Source: a virus (taxonomy: Duplodnaviria > Caudoviricetes). Taken from it: a DNA stretch of 64,000 nucleotides. The notes under the pieces are model-generated. The model was given only the letters and a program-made list of their open reading frames with translations. It was not told the origin of the DNA and made no database searches. The position numbers and the translations under genes are program-made. The stretch covers positions 64,001 to 128,000 of IMG/VR virus record IMGVR_UViG_3300020577_010124; one strand, written 5' to 3'. Below are positions 41,601 through 52,500 of the stretch, piece by piece (within the stretch, counting starts at the first letter, position 1; the number at the start of each line of letters is the position of its first letter).

Positions 41601-43078
41601 TTATTGAAATTGCCCCGCCAGATCCTATACAGGTTTCTACAGGAACGCTTCCAATTGGAGAAGGAGGAAATGTATCTCAAGGCGGTACTGTTGTAGTAAC
41701 TGACATTGCGAGAAGTAAAAAAGGGAAGCTCGTTAAAGATGGATTACCTTCTTTTGTTGACACGATAGAAGGCTTTGGTGTTCAGCGATACGTAGCACCT
41801 ATTTCTGGTTCAGTAGGAGATCCATTTCCTATTGATTACTCAACTTATGATGTAGTAGCAATTGCAAATTCCATTGATGGCACACTAGAAATACCAACTG
41901 CTTTGACCAAATATAATAAGATAGAGCTTGATATTATCAATCCAACTCTAAACCATGTAGGTATGCCGCATTGGGTTCTTGAGGATACCTTTGAATGGGT
42001 AAACTCGGGTATGCCTTCTCATTTGAGTCAAGTTCGAGATAGCAACCTTATTATGGCAGGACTATCAGCAGAAAGAATCTCTCCAGGGATACAAGAGCTA
42101 ACCGCTCCTGTTTATCAGGCTAAGTTTGTCGTACCTTGCGATAGTTCATGGTATGATAAGGTAAATTCTACAATTGATTATGACGTATTCTTGGATCATG
42201 GAAATGAGAATCTTTCTCTTCCATATCCTAATGCTATTCTGCATATTCCTGAAGCTCATCAAGTTTGGGTTGGAGGATATGGAGGCGTTCTATCTATTGA
42301 TAAAATCACAAAGAATATCTCAAGTGTTCCTATTCAGTCAGATAGAACTCTTCTTATAAAAGACCTCAAGATGTATGGAGACAAGATTTACATTCTTGAT
42401 GAGGCTAAGCTATTTATTTACGATATCCCAACCAATAAGATAACCAAAGATACGGCTCTTGGACTGCCTAATAAGTTGCATAGTTTCGCTTCGGTTTTTG
42501 GCTCTAATCTAGTTGTTGGAGCAAAAGACGGAATCTATGCAAGAAAAATAACAGGAACAACATGGAAGAGAGTTGTTGCAATTGATAGCGCTGTAAATGT
42601 AATAAGTTCTCCTGACGCAATCCTCGCAGTTGCCGATGATGGACAGTCTTATTATTCTACAGATGGTTTTACTTGGACAAGAGTAGGAGTAATAAACGAT
42701 AAGATCGTAAATAAGATAAAGAAGTATCGCTCTAATATACTCTTTGCAACAAACGAGGGGTTGTATCAGGACGGAGGCTCGTTCTATACTGGTCATCTTT
42801 CATTGCAGCTTTTGAATGTTTTTAGCGATATACAGAAAGCTGCGCTTCTAGAAGTAAATGATGTTGATTCAAGCGTAACAAAGGCCGTTATTGGTCTTTC
42901 TGATGGTCGATACGTTGTATACGGAGAGAACTTTGTAGCTCAACCAAATTCTAAGCTTCCTACGATTCACAAAGTTCTTATTGTAGACGATGAAATATGG
43001 CTGTTTGGATACAATCAGTTTAGAATAACCTCAGAAACATTTGTCAGAAAACTTGCTTCAGGTTTTATAGTTACCTAA
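38687..43078 (+). CDS. Multidomain virion protein: putative glycan-active N-terminal domain, GH56 (hyaluronidase)-like TIM barrel, C-terminal beta-propeller
   Basis: PDYQGYIYVNWEPY...RPGITHVGLYGGLP...LDFLGPSMYL...PVIPFIW...GCQGCIWWD follows the GH56 motif order. C-terminal blades VWVGGYGGV, LVVGAKDGIY, YSTDGFTW. Confidence 0.5.
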   Translation: MSLFQPAIDPNPARYLWLNPTDYDRKIVVDSNGQPIYLDVANWRVTVDIVLKEKRGININITVKNVSNQILNAPNVRIPTGMYHPQWSEAGADSNFRHVLNYSCHDSYGMRMVPVSYPTVPNAATDKFGDPNAIYGVNWFAPCLAIENWATGRVSWGTSLMSVSTNYPYPFKIYGDFDAAPSYKAFFKLEGNVDVTGLGAEDTFAPNEERSWTVWLRFENYDPIAVGFGSSKYRAIAALRSFEPYFVWYWNTYGDYNHGPRVSGRIYGVNLAGPNAPKAYFAPKDNPRRYFLFSTQQKESLNGQLPLPGQSYIHPENASGWKELLDAIADVPSLKAYGYQGIMIFNPAGWGNADLGGNPSFFTNLPIKLRNTLGQLKQWEKDNELRVFFSASNALNKINRGNFNDLAEPFNIEDSLHIDSISKNFDQGGLKSCSGLALFDLPNAKVNSWPKEYARSWRQLYPSDVIAGYSHNSTELYSYVIPSYIDRSEFLTKDYSKGGRDWFLDVLFMGADPWVYMPLSQWYADYGNSANTDNDYDSYVQKIEKEHQVVAVTVGRLVRKECLAPNKLKWKEQFLTFAALGVSGTLCTEGDPDNQIGPICESRDLLYTYTSNVPTSLRYMKAVYAFDGLYDWVAGNSWIPGLGGTGDPRANCGDSLLWLWQDDKLLKAKQTIENNLNFINRPSEGVFVNSMNIEPDYQGYIYVNWEPYHIAGARLLMYRNYQFGDLINATSGSGLSPKTLRNWWIWVMDQVQPGWASGKTLDQQDIFLQQTWVERWTVWMNMIVTTFKEQRPGITHVGLYGGLPNYGTWDLAGLDFGTTNPDLDNGSLGELERNTWKPFLEELDFLGPSMYLWDPVPDWDSPLYYWEAGRVLADPIQVLLYSILTVRMDHSISQVCGKPVIPFIWTKHIRAIFEARSNILPLLYKNKYLSGCQGCIWWDAVVISDAEASMQSIANYWYPVTRYIDTKNAASLIEIAPPDPIQVSTGTLPIGEGGNVSQGGTVVVTDIARSKKGKLVKDGLPSFVDTIEGFGVQRYVAPISGSVGDPFPIDYSTYDVVAIANSIDGTLEIPTALTKYNKIELDIINPTLNHVGMPHWVLEDTFEWVNSGMPSHLSQVRDSNLIMAGLSAERISPGIQELTAPVYQAKFVVPCDSSWYDKVNSTIDYDVFLDHGNENLSLPYPNAILHIPEAHQVWVGGYGGVLSIDKITKNISSVPIQSDRTLLIKDLKMYGDKIYILDEAKLFIYDIPTNKITKDTALGLPNKLHSFASVFGSNLVVGAKDGIYARKITGTTWKRVVAIDSAVNVISSPDAILAVADDGQSYYSTDGFTWTRVGVINDKIVNKIKKYRSNILFATNEGLYQDGGSFYTGHLSLQLLNVFSDIQKAALLEVNDVDSSVTKAVIGLSDGRYVVYGENFVAQPNSKLPTIHKVLIVDDEIWLFGYNQFRITSETFVRKLASGFIVT

Positions 43079-43079
43079 T

Positions 43080-46000
43080 ATGGCGTTCAAAGGCAAAAAA
43101 ACAGGCGGAAAAGGACAAGTTATAGCCGTTGGTCATGATTTTAATGACCTAGCTCCAACTCCATCTCCTATCCCAACACCCCCAGCCCCTCCTACTCCTA
43201 TAATCAATAGTTTTGGCGTAAACAACGCTAACCTTGCTTATGGAGGAGGCTCTGTTGTTCTAACATGGTCAACTTCAAATGTTACTACGGTTAGCATTGA
43301 TAACGGAGTTGGAACGGTTTCTGTAAATAGTAGCGCTATTGTAAATGTAACTGAAAGTACAACGTTCAATCTTTCTGCAACAGGACCAGGCGGAACAGCT
43401 TATGCAAGCGTAAGCGTATCTGTTGCTCCGCCACCACCTCTTCCTACTGTTACGTCTTTTAGCGCTTCTCAAACAACCCTATCCGCTTCTGGCGGTTCTG
43501 TTACTCTAACATGGACTTCTAGTAATGCGACTAGCGCAACTATGGATCAAAGCGTTGGAGCAGTTGCGGTTAATGGAAGTACCGTTGTTTCTGTAACATC
43601 AACTAAGACATTCACTCTAACTGTTAGTAACGTAACAGGCTCAACGCAAGCGACCGTTACGATTACAGTATTGCCTGCTGTTCCAGCAATTACGAGCTTT
43701 ACTGCTTTGCCAGCAACCTTGCCATTTGGAGGAGGTTCTGTTACTCTAACATGGACAACCTCAAATGTATCAAGTGTTAGTATAGATCAAGGAGTCGGTT
43801 CTGTTGTTGTTAATGGCAGTACAAGCATAAGCATAACGGATAGCACGACTTTCAATCTAACTGCAACGGGGCCAGGTGGAACGGTTTATGCAAGCGCAAG
43901 CGTAACAGTGAACTCTGTTCCGCCTCCACCTCCATTGCCAACTATTTCTAGTTTCACTGCTACTCCTTCTACATTTGCAGCAGGCGGTGGAACTACTACT
44001 TTTAACTGGACTTCTAGCAATGCAACTAGCGCAAGCATAGATCATAGTGTTGGAAGTGTTTCAGTTAATGGAAGCACTACAGCCAGCGTAACAACAACGA
44101 CTACTTATACGCTAACTGTTACAAATATAACAGGATCGACACAAGCTAGTGTTACAGTTACCGTATCTCCGCCCATACCGTCTATTACTTCTTTTACTGC
44201 TTTGCCTTCGACGCTTCCGTTTGGAGGAGGAACGGTAACTCTAACATGGACAACTTCAAACATAACTTCTGTTACTATTGATAACGGAGTTGGTTCTGTA
44301 GCAACAAACGGCAATACTACTAAAGCTATAACGACAAGTACGACTTTCAATCTAACTGCGACAGGTCCAGGTGGAACGGTGTTTGCAAGCGCGAGCGTTA
44401 CTGTTTCTCCTCCACCACCTCTTCCTGTTGCTACGAGCTTTACGGCAACGCCTTCTACTTTAGCATTTGGTGGTGGAAATGTAACATTGGCATGGACTTC
44501 AACAAATGCGACAAGCGCAAGTATAGATCAGGGAGTTGGTAGTGTAGCAGTTAATAGTAGTACGGTTGTAAATACAACGACTTCTAGAACATATACGCTA
44601 ACCGTTAGCAATGTAACAGGATCGACTACTCGAAGCACAAGCGTTGTTGTTTCTCCTCCATTGCCTCTTATCAATAGTTTTACTGCAAATCCAACAAGTC
44701 TCGGATTTGGAGGCGGAAACGTAACGTTATCGTGGTCAACTTCTAATGCAGTAAATGTTAGCATCAATAATGGAATAGGAACAGTTGCAGCAAGCGGCTC
44801 GATGGTTGTAAATATAACAACATCTACAGGCTACATACTAACAGCGACAGGAGCAGGAACAGGTATTGATAATACAATAACTAGGTCTGTCTCGATAACC
44901 GTTGCAAGCATACCAGCTTTTACTCCATATGCTGATGTTAATTTGCCTGCCCTAGAAGCAGATAGGTTTTGTTTCTTCTTAGAAACTATGCACTTTGGTC
45001 TTTCAAATGCATGGTATCATACTTTTGTTATTGGAGACAATGTTGGATTTAATAGTCAGTTTCCAGATCTAAACCATATGGTTTGGAAGACGAAGATGAT
45101 TGCTCCAGAAATTAGAATAAACACTTATAGCTGGGGCTATGCGGTTGGAGATCCAGGAACGGCATGGCGAGATGAAGTTTTGTTTGTAAAGCAAAAGTTT
45201 GAAGAAGCAAACTGCCCGTTTGAAAGATATACACTCAACTGTTATCCATTTATGCAGGGGCCAGGAGGCTTCCAAGGAAATCCAAAGAATACTTATCCTC
45301 TTGCTGATCATCCTGATGATTTGTTGCCTTCTGACGGTAGAGCAGCAGGCGGCGCTCAAGACGGTAACTTCTTAGGAGCAACTAACCAAGTAACTCCTTA
45401 TAGAATTAATGCGATAAACGCTTTTAGAAATACCTTTATTACCGATTTTCCTATTATACGTCAACAGTTTGATTTGGCAGGGCTTACAGGTCCAAACGCT
45501 CCTAGACTAGAAGCGATTGTAAGTACACAAGAGCATTTTGGTAGAAACTCTGATTTTGCTCCTGATACTCCAAATGTTCCAACTGTTATTTGGACTAATC
45601 CTGATAGTGTTGACTTTAATAGACAAGGCTGGGTAACAAGGAGTCTTGCTAGTCCTCTTAGTAATAGTAACCTATTTGATGGTTCACAGACTTTTACTAA
45701 TTTCTGTAATACCGTAACTCTTAGAAATGGAGCGCCCGTTCCTCCTCCTCGCTGGGATAGATGGCAGGGTCGAGGTGGGGCGATGGCGGAATTTGAAGGC
45801 GTAGATCAGTTTATCTTTATTACGCCTTATCGAGAAGCATTCTGGGCTGCAACTACACATGCATTTTATAAGGGTTATGTAGAGCCATTCTTTATGGCGT
45901 TTGATTCCGCATTCCCCAATCTCAAACATTATGCCTATCAAGTGTATGGAACAGGCTCATCTCTTGGCGGAATAACAATATTGCCAGGCGGAGATCCCGT

Positions 46001-46595
46001 ATATACAAAGACTCAAGGAACTTTCCCTTATCGTTTGCGAGGACATGGAATAGACTGGTATGGAGAAGGGTTAGGCGGACCTTGCTTTACTTGGAGACAG
46101 TTCTATGATGGAAACATTTGGACTTTGGTAAGCGGAGATACAACAAATAGTTATGCGAATACAACCTTTCATTGGATTAAATATATACTGTTGACATGGC
46201 CTAATCCTCATACAGATCCATTTAATGATAACAGAAATCTTGCTGCTGCTTATAACTATCCTCAAATTCCAGAGCCATATAAAACAAATTGGACAGTAGG
46301 AGATTATCATTGGTGTCAGGCTGTAAGGTTTATACTTGCTATATATGAGCTTAGAATAGCTTATCCTAACGACGGGATATGTCCTTGGATGACTTTGTAT
46401 TACCTTAGAGATCAGACATCATGGAAAACCTTCAAATGGGTAATTCATAGAATGCGAGCTATGGGAGTAAGAAGAGCTTATCTGTGGGATAACTTCTTTA
46501 CAATCAATGATTATTGCGGCGCTGGGTTGAAAAAGGATTTGTTGTTAGAACTGTTCAAAGAAATCAAACCCGATTGGGCAACGGCTGGATGGTAA
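43080..46595 (+). CDS. Adhesin/depolymerase-like protein: short basic N-terminus, seven Thr/Ser-rich Ig-like (PKD-like) repeats, ~550 aa aromatic-rich C-terminal domain
   Basis: Repeat consensus PxITSFTA.P.TL..GGG.VTLTWT.SNxTS..IDxGVGSV..NGS.......T(F/Y)xLT; Trp/Tyr/Phe-rich globular C-terminus. Confidence 0.7.
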   Translation: MAFKGKKTGGKGQVIAVGHDFNDLAPTPSPIPTPPAPPTPIINSFGVNNANLAYGGGSVVLTWSTSNVTTVSIDNGVGTVSVNSSAIVNVTESTTFNLSATGPGGTAYASVSVSVAPPPPLPTVTSFSASQTTLSASGGSVTLTWTSSNATSATMDQSVGAVAVNGSTVVSVTSTKTFTLTVSNVTGSTQATVTITVLPAVPAITSFTALPATLPFGGGSVTLTWTTSNVSSVSIDQGVGSVVVNGSTSISITDSTTFNLTATGPGGTVYASASVTVNSVPPPPPLPTISSFTATPSTFAAGGGTTTFNWTSSNATSASIDHSVGSVSVNGSTTASVTTTTTYTLTVTNITGSTQASVTVTVSPPIPSITSFTALPSTLPFGGGTVTLTWTTSNITSVTIDNGVGSVATNGNTTKAITTSTTFNLTATGPGGTVFASASVTVSPPPPLPVATSFTATPSTLAFGGGNVTLAWTSTNATSASIDQGVGSVAVNSSTVVNTTTSRTYTLTVSNVTGSTTRSTSVVVSPPLPLINSFTANPTSLGFGGGNVTLSWSTSNAVNVSINNGIGTVAASGSMVVNITTSTGYILTATGAGTGIDNTITRSVSITVASIPAFTPYADVNLPALEADRFCFFLETMHFGLSNAWYHTFVIGDNVGFNSQFPDLNHMVWKTKMIAPEIRINTYSWGYAVGDPGTAWRDEVLFVKQKFEEANCPFERYTLNCYPFMQGPGGFQGNPKNTYPLADHPDDLLPSDGRAAGGAQDGNFLGATNQVTPYRINAINAFRNTFITDFPIIRQQFDLAGLTGPNAPRLEAIVSTQEHFGRNSDFAPDTPNVPTVIWTNPDSVDFNRQGWVTRSLASPLSNSNLFDGSQTFTNFCNTVTLRNGAPVPPPRWDRWQGRGGAMAEFEGVDQFIFITPYREAFWAATTHAFYKGYVEPFFMAFDSAFPNLKHYAYQVYGTGSSLGGITILPGGDPVYTKTQGTFPYRLRGHGIDWYGEGLGGPCFTWRQFYDGNIWTLVSGDTTNSYANTTFHWIKYILLTWPNPHTDPFNDNRNLAAAYNYPQIPEPYKTNWTVGDYHWCQAVRFILAIYELRIAYPNDGICPWMTLYYLRDQTSWKTFKWVIHRMRAMGVRRAYLWDNFFTINDYCGAGLKKDLLLELFKEIKPDWATAGW
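43197..44910 (+). repeat. Seven ~240-255 bp intragenic tandem repeats with alternating A/B subtypes
   Basis: Units end alternately in TFNL(S/T)ATGPGGT (A) and TLTV(S/T)N(V/I)TGST (B). DNA identity is visible: actctaacatggac at ~43503, ~43743 and ~44238; acgactttcaatctaactgc at ~43845 and ~44340. Confidence 0.9.
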
Positions 46596-46599
46596 CTAA

Positions 46600-49500
46600 A
46601 TGATATTAACTAAAGCATCAGTTTTTCTTAGAATCGTTGGCAATCCAAGTTCCTTGGTAAGTTTTGTAGTTCCAGAAGAAGGCTTTGTTTCTTTTGATGC
46701 AGCCAATTTTTCCAAGTTAGAACAAGGTGATCCATACGTTGTATTTGATGTTGTTGCGGACGACTATTATGGTAGTGGTTATCTTTCTGTTGGATACAAA
46801 AGACTTGAATACCTATGGCCGACTATTACGTATCCTATTACAGCAGAAAAGACAGGAAAGTATAATCTCTTTATCCGAGTCAAAACTTCGGGCGAGTTTT
46901 TCAACTTTTCTCTTCTTATCAACGGTGTAAATCTTCTTGATAAGATAGTTACGACTCCTCAAAATCAGTGGACATGGATATCTCTTCCATTGGTTATAGC
47001 TGACAAGAAGAAGTTTGATCTTTCAATCATACCGAAAACCGAAGGTTGTTTGATTGATAGTTTTCATATTTCTGTCAACGATACTTTGCCAGATGTAATA
47101 GAATACCAAAATAGTTTTCTAACCGTACATTTTAGAATGTATGAAATAGATTCGGATTATCAACCAAATATATCATTGCCAATCTACGGCTACAAGACTT
47201 CTATAGAAGATATTCTCGATGATAACTGGTACAATTTTTCTCTTGAAACATTGCCAGCTTATATTTCCAAGACATTCAATCTTCACTATGCGGCAACGTT
47301 GTTTGTTTCTGGATCGAGCGAGAGTCTTTACATTATGTGGGACTATGCTCAAGACAATGGATTTACTTTAGATCCATATCTTCAGACTTGTTCTCTTGTT
47401 TTGGATTCTGATACAAAGACATGGAGCATTGATTGCGAAAAGAAGTTTGCATTGCGTCTTTATTCTTCAAGAGACGCTATAGACGAAAACGCATGCAAAG
47501 CAATCGTGCCTGCTTCTGCTTTGACTACAAAGACCGTCAAAACATTTAGCACGAATACTAGCCCAGTTTTTGTAAATACTAAAGCCGTTCCTACAATAGA
47601 AAATGAAGAAAAAGTACAGCTTAGTTTGCCTGATAGAATCGTTTCTATTGTTATGGACCAAAGCGGTTCTCAAACATGGAATGATAGTAGCGGCGTTCGC
47701 CATGAACTAGCAAGAAGAATGGTAGATAAACTAAACGCTACTTATCCAGGCGATTTGAAATACAATCTTGTTAATTTTCAATCAACTCCTATAAAGATTA
47801 ATTTCTTTGCGGTAACTGAAAATGACAACCTCAACACAAGCGATGCAGGCGCTGCGGCAAGTGAGTTTTTTGAAGACCAAGAGAGCGGATACGCAGGCGT
47901 TAGAATCGTTCGTAAGCAAGGTTCTTATCCAACTGGCCCTCTTGACGGCGATATCGTAACTGAAGGTTTTCTAGAAAGAGCATTTAGCGATGGTCTTGAG
48001 GAAGGCCAAGAGTATTACTACGCAGCCTATACATTCAACTCTTCAGGAGTTTTTAGCGAGGGAACCTTTATTAAGGCAACTCCTAGAGAAAGAATACTTC
48101 CTCACGGCGTTGGTAATTTTACAAGCAGAGTAATAATAGGAACAGGTGTTCGTAGAGACGAAAACACAATTGGTCTATGGCATTTCAATGAAGGCATAGA
48201 TCAAACCATTTATGATTTTAGCGATACTTCATTTACGCTTACTAGCAGCGATGATTTCATATGGCTTAACTTTAGCGATGTTCCAAGCGGAACAAGCGGA
48301 GTTAGATTCAATGGAACAGCAACTCGTTTTGTTGGAACCGACAGTAACGGAGATTTTGTAAAGAGTCATTATACAATGATGGCTTGGATATATCCGTTTG
48401 ACTTCAACTCTAAGAGAACAATCGTTTCGAGAGAATCTTCTTCTACTAGTGCTGTTGGATTCCGTTTCGGAATCAATACCAATAAGACTTTGTTTTTTAC
48501 GTTAGATGATTCAACAATAGCTAGCTCTTCTGCTTTGCTTACAGCAAATCAATGGAATCATGTTGCCGTTACCGTTGATGTTAGCGGAAACGTCGCTAGC
48601 TTTTATATCAATGGATATTTTGCTGGCTCAGGAACATTGGCTCAGGGAGCTAATCATTCTGTTGCCGCAATGAACTTGTATATTGGCGGAAGACAAAGCT
48701 CGTTCTTTGGAAAAATGACGGAGCTAAGTATTCATGATAGTTTGCGTTCTGCTGCATACATCGCTGAGGCGGCGGTTCAGCCTGAAACTTCTACTGATAA
48801 ACTTCTAGACAATGGCGATAGGCTTGTTCTTCTAACTTATGTTGTTTCTGACGACTTTAATTATCCTGGCGGAACTGTAAGAATACTTAGAAAGGAATCC
48901 GTTGGGCCTGCGGTTTTTGATTATGCTACAAGTTCCTCGGGTTCGTCGCCTCAGTTGGTGTTCAAAGGATTTGGCGCTGGACCGTCTCATGAAAATGACG
49001 GAGATGTAGTTTATGAAACTTCAGCTTCTTCTGGTTCATTTACTATAGCTCTTCCTTATGATTATGTTCTTGACAGAACCTATAACTATCGAATATACTC
49101 TAGTAATGTATTAGGAAACTTTAGTTCAAACTCTGACTCTCCAACTATACCAATCAAGATTCCTAATTTCAAGACGAAGGCTGCTCGAAATGCAGCTATC
49201 TCTATGCCTCTAATCGCTCCTGTAGAAAATGCTACGCTTACGATTGGAAATCATAAGAACTATATAACATGGGACGCAGTAACCGACGAAAATGCCGAGC
49301 AAGTTTTGGTATATTGGTCTGATTCTGGATTCCCTATTATCAGTAATGACCAGGGCGTAGACGCAGGAGCCATCTTGGTTTTTAGCGGCAAGCCTTCGGA
49401 TACCTATGTAGTAGATAGAAATATAGATAATCAAATTGTTAGTTACTATGCTATTGTTGTTGCAGATAAGTATGGATTTTATTCGCAGCCAGTTTTTGTA

Positions 49501-52500
49501 TCTGGCGTTCCTGTATCAAATGCTTTTGAGGGGAATATTCCTCTTCTTACTATTAGCAACCTTGGTTATCAGATTGTAAACGAGAATGCTCTTAGCTTGT
49601 CATGGGACGCTCCTGTAAAGTTCCAAAAGGATATTGAGGCTTGGTTTGATCAAAGAGTTGCATTGTACGCTCAGATTACAGACGAGTTTGGCGCGCCTAT
49701 TGCAGATAATAGTCAGATCAGCTTTACAGCAACTGCGTCTGTAGGGTCTGCTCAACTTGCGGAAGATGTTTTCGGAGAAACGATAAGCGGACAAGCATTA
49801 GTGCCTGACGCTAAGAGTTGTTTTATTCTGTCTTCTTCTTCCATTGGTAACGGATTCATTCGCGGCGTTTTCAGAATGACATCTGACCTTGATATACTAT
49901 CCGCAATTAATCAACTTTCAGCAGATGTTAGAGTTTCATATAGCATCCCTGATAGAGACAACCCAGGCTCGAACGTGTTTGAGTTTACTTCGCTTCCTGT
50001 TCATATAGAGATGGACAATCCATTCTCTATGGAAATGCTCAATATTGGCGATAATAACGGATTCTTTGGAGAAGGAACGTCTTCGGGACGAGGCTCTAAG
50101 AGACGAAGAAGAGGAAGTGGCGCGGCTCCTCATGTTGGTTCAGCAGCTACAAGCGCTGGCGGTGATACCGTTAAGGTTCTTTGCAAGAGAACGGTTCCGT
50201 TAGACGACCAATCCTTTATATCAAGCGGTGGTTTGGAGTTCGATCCTGATAAGTTCAAAGAATTCCCAGGCTGTTGGATAAGAAGAACAAGACCATTTGT
50301 ATCAAGAGTTGTTATTCTATATCGAGGAGAAGCGATTTCAAATGCTCCTGATTGCGACGTAGCAGTATTTGAAGCCTCGGACCCTCAGTGCGATCGAGAT
50401 GATAGCTCTAGCAATCCATGTTCTCAAAGCGGCGGAGGAGCTTCTAGTTCTCCGCCTGAGTTTGTTCCAGGCTTTTCTTCTCGAAGAAGTCGTTCGGTAC
50501 AACCTCCTGCTACTTCTTTGCCTTTCCGAACAGGCCTTCAGTTACTTAATGACGGAACAACAAAGCTCGTTTCATATGTTGATATACCTTTGAAAGCGCC
50601 TAGAACTCCGCAAGCTATCATGCTGTTTGCAAAAACAGGCTACAACGGTTTCTTTGCTCGCAAGAAAATGTATGTTGTCTTTGATAATATTCTAAGAATT
50701 GAAACAACTATTGAGCCGCCAGAATCAAATTGCATTGACGTTGCGGAGCAACAAGCTAAAGTCTACCTTATTGATCCAGATAGTACGGACGTAGAAAATC
50801 CTAGAAAACTGGCCGTTCCAGACAGTCAGATTGTTCGTTGGGAATTGAGAAAAGGAACAAGCGGTAAAGATAGGCCATTCTACTCGACAGATAATGTCCC
50901 TACAGGACCAGGCGTATTTTCTTATACAAGAAGCGGAAGCGCTAGAAAAGTATTCTTCGGTCCAGCATGTGGTGTAACATGGCTAACTTATGTTCCATGT
51001 CCAGGCAATATAATCTTGTTGCCTGAGCTTTATGCTATTAAGGCAAGCGTCATATACGACGGACTGCACGCCTTTGAAGAACGTCCAGCTATAGTTTACC
51101 CGCCAGGAGACGTAAGAGGTTTTGGATCTCGCTTCCTCATGCAGATGCCAAACTTTGTAAATGACATATACGCAGACGGATATGATCTAGCTCACGTTAC
51201 TATTTATCACGACCCTAATATTGCTAGTGGTCAGATTGCTGATTGTTTCAAGCAATGCGCAAGAGATTTCAATAGACCAATCTTCTCTTTGGGAAATGGT
51301 CAGATTGTTGATATCGAATCAGGTGGCGACTTTGAGATTCTTTATGGAGATTCGTTGCAAGTTACGTTTGACGAGGCGTTAGACGAGTATGTTATAACGA
51401 ATGCTTCTCAAGAAATTGGGTTCGCTCAAATACCTCTTGCTCAAAGCGGTAATCGCACTGACTTTTACATACGAATCAATAAGTTCCTTGGAAGACCGCA
51501 ACCAGTCAAACCAAATGATAATCAAGACCAAGATCCTCTTAGCAGCACAAATCAATGTTCTTGTATAGAAGTTCCACCTGGACTTTCTAGTAAAACTGAT
51601 TTGAAGATAATAACTGGAAAGACCAGTATTATGTTCAATGGTCAAACAAGATTCTTGTCAGGCGGAGGAGATCTAAAGAATGGCGTTCCTCCAACAACAA
51701 TTGCTCTTAGAGAGCCATTGGATATTTCCATTGTTGATATTCGTCGTAATGGAGAAAGCGTTGAAAAGATCCTATGCGACAGTTTGAGCGTTCATGAGTT
51801 TATTGTTGAAGTAAAGTTCAAAGATAAAGCGGTTCCAAATGGAACACCTGTATTCCTAACTGTTGGCGGAATTAATCCAGAGAAGATTGTTCTTTTCTCT
51901 GATACTATTTTCACGCAAAAACTCAATGATCCTATACTTAACCCAGAGGGCAATAAGAGAAGCTTTGCTTCATTCTTTGTTTATCCATTCAGCGCTCAAG
52001 CTGCATTCTCGGGTCAAGTACAAGCAGAAACCAACTATGATAAGCGAGGCGACGTTGTTCGTAGTATGACAGCTTGTATTACGATCAAGTATGATCCTTC
52101 AGAAAAGAAGCCAGAAGCAACAGTAACTCCTGAAGGCGAAATAAGTAGCGTCTTTAGCGGATCGCTAGATGTTTATGACACGTATACGGATACTTGGTCG
52201 CAAAAAGCTCTAATGAAGTACCCAAGAGGTTGCTTGACTCTTGACTGGTCTTTCGATGCGTATGGAGAACAACTCTATGCGATAGGCGGACTTAATGGAA
52301 AATCAATCTTATCATACAATGAAATGTATGATATTGCAAACGACATATGGCATACTAAGAAACAAATGAGAGTTGCTAGATTCTACCATATGTCTGTTCA
52401 AGATTCAGGCTATATCTACGTATTCGGAGGAATCGTTGCGGACGGTTCTGTTCTTGCTATTTCTCGTTCAGTTGAACGTTATGATATCGTAAACGATGTT

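Noticed and set aside
43197-44910. Repeats as a CRISPR array or DGR template/variable pair
   Set aside because: The units are in-frame, degenerate protein-coding repeats without spacers or adenine-specific mismatches, and no reverse transcriptase or cas gene is in the window.
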